The notes under the pieces were generated by a model. It did no database searches. It had not been told where the DNA came from and saw only the letters and a program-made list of their open reading frames with translations. The position numbers were made by a program, and so were the translations under genes. Of a stretch of DNA of 64,000 nt, positions 63,530 through 64,000 are shown piece after piece. The stretch spans positions 8,060-72,059 of the forward strand of contig CAMEON010000001.1 of NCBI GenBank assembly GCA_945929845.1, in the 5' to 3' direction. The DNA comes from an uncultured Clostridia bacterium (GTDB lineage Bacteria > Bacillota > Clostridia > Oscillospirales > CAG-272). Each line of letters begins with the position of its first letter. Within the stretch, counting starts at the first letter, position 1.

Positions 63530-64000
63530 TTATGAGTCACGAACCACCACGACCACCTGATGGGTGGAGCTGTCGCCGGTAGGAATGTAGGTCAGTTTGA
63601 TGTACACACGAGCCACACCCGGCTCCAGGGATCTGACGGTGATCCCCGGGCATTCCGGCCCGCCGTTCAGTGCCGTATACTTGTCTACGGAAACAACCTC
63701 CAACGACTTCTCGTCGCCCTCAGCCAGCGTGACCTCCAGGTCAAAATCCTTGATGTGATAGCCAAGCGTGTAAACAAGAAACATGGGAATATCAAAGTCC
63801 TGACCGGGATCGGCATATATCAGGTAATATGCCGGGCCAGCACTCAGATCGAAATCCTTTTCATACCAACCGGGGCCGTAATCAAATGTCTTAGTGGGGC
63901 CGATACACAAGGTATAATACTGTTGGTATAGATCGACATCTGATGTGTTTTTGTATTCCACTGCGGGGTGTGTTTCATCTTCGGAATTATTGGTGGTTTC
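63530..64000 (-). CDS. Hypothetical secreted protein (paralog 2; 5' end outside window)
   Basis: The reading frame stays open to position 64000. ...THPAVEYKNTSDVDLYQQYYTLCIGP... is parallel to paralog 1. Confidence 0.65.
   Translation of the reverse strand, partial: ETTNNSEDETHPAVEYKNTSDVDLYQQYYTLCIGPTKTFDYGPGWYEKDFDLSAGPAYYLIYADPGQDFDIPMFLVYTLGYHIKDFDLEVTLAEGDEKSLEVVSVDKYTALNGGPECPGITVRSLEPGVARVYIKLTYIPTGDSSTHQVVVVVRDS

Larger units (their letters stand above)
62850..64000. repeat. Tandem direct duplication, period 666 bp (unit starts at 62850 and 63516), continuing past the window edge
   Basis: CCGGAAAAATGAATTTATGAGTCAC occurs at 62850 and 63516. The following ~300 nt are near-identical between copies, including a ~150-nt stretch I read as identical. 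The rest of each unit is clearly diverged. Confidence 0.85.

Noticed and set aside
1-64000. Search for CRISPR arrays, rRNA genes, IS transposases and additional tRNAs
   Set aside because: I saw no regularly spaced short direct repeats, no rRNA-like conserved blocks, no transposase-like ORFs and no second T-loop/acceptor pattern by eye. A tRNAscan or Rfam scan would be needed to be certain.

Overview
All calls were made by eye from the sequence and the ORF track; no searches or computations were run. The window reads as chromosome of a high-GC, spore-forming Clostridia-type Firmicute. This is inferred from yqfC-yqfD-phoH-ybeY-era-recO, ylbJ, obg, der and dnaX-ybaB-recR, and from SD-type ribosome binding sites.

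Positions 1 to about 18.1 kb look foreign. A minus-strand phage-type replication/early module (PolA-exonuclease fragment, DUF2815, DUF2800, sigma factor) is followed by a visibly lower-GC, almost gap-free plus-strand defence island (3975-17451). The island ends beside tRNA-Glu(CUC) and contains four parts:
- A translationally coupled three-gene ABC-3C / Lamassu-like module (effector, small middle component, coiled-coil ABC ATPase). I cannot recognise a catalytic domain in its 403-aa effector. This is the best candidate for an uncharacterised system.
- An XRE-type HTH gene.
- A type I R-M system (hsdM, hsdS, hsdR) interrupted by a tyrosine recombinase and two half-hsdS cassettes. Four copies of a 15-23 bp inverted repeat bound these pieces, giving a specificity shufflon.
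- A DUF262/DUF1524 (GmrSD-like) nuclease.

The remaining ~46 kb is ordinary housekeeping: hpf, a Trp T-box upstream of a stand-alone TrpB2, an ABC importer operon with a frameshifted permease, galE/galM, a PBP5-type carboxypeptidase, PduO, a four-domain flavodiiron protein, sporulation and ribosome-maturation genes, an HtrA plus two-component module, and a GH78-like hydrolase.

Other oddities:
- a 23-nt exact repeat shared between the island edge and the galE terminator;
- an RBS-sequestering leader upstream of the phage sigma gene;
- a 666-bp tandem duplication of a lipoprotein gene at the right edge.

I saw no rRNA, CRISPR array or transposase.
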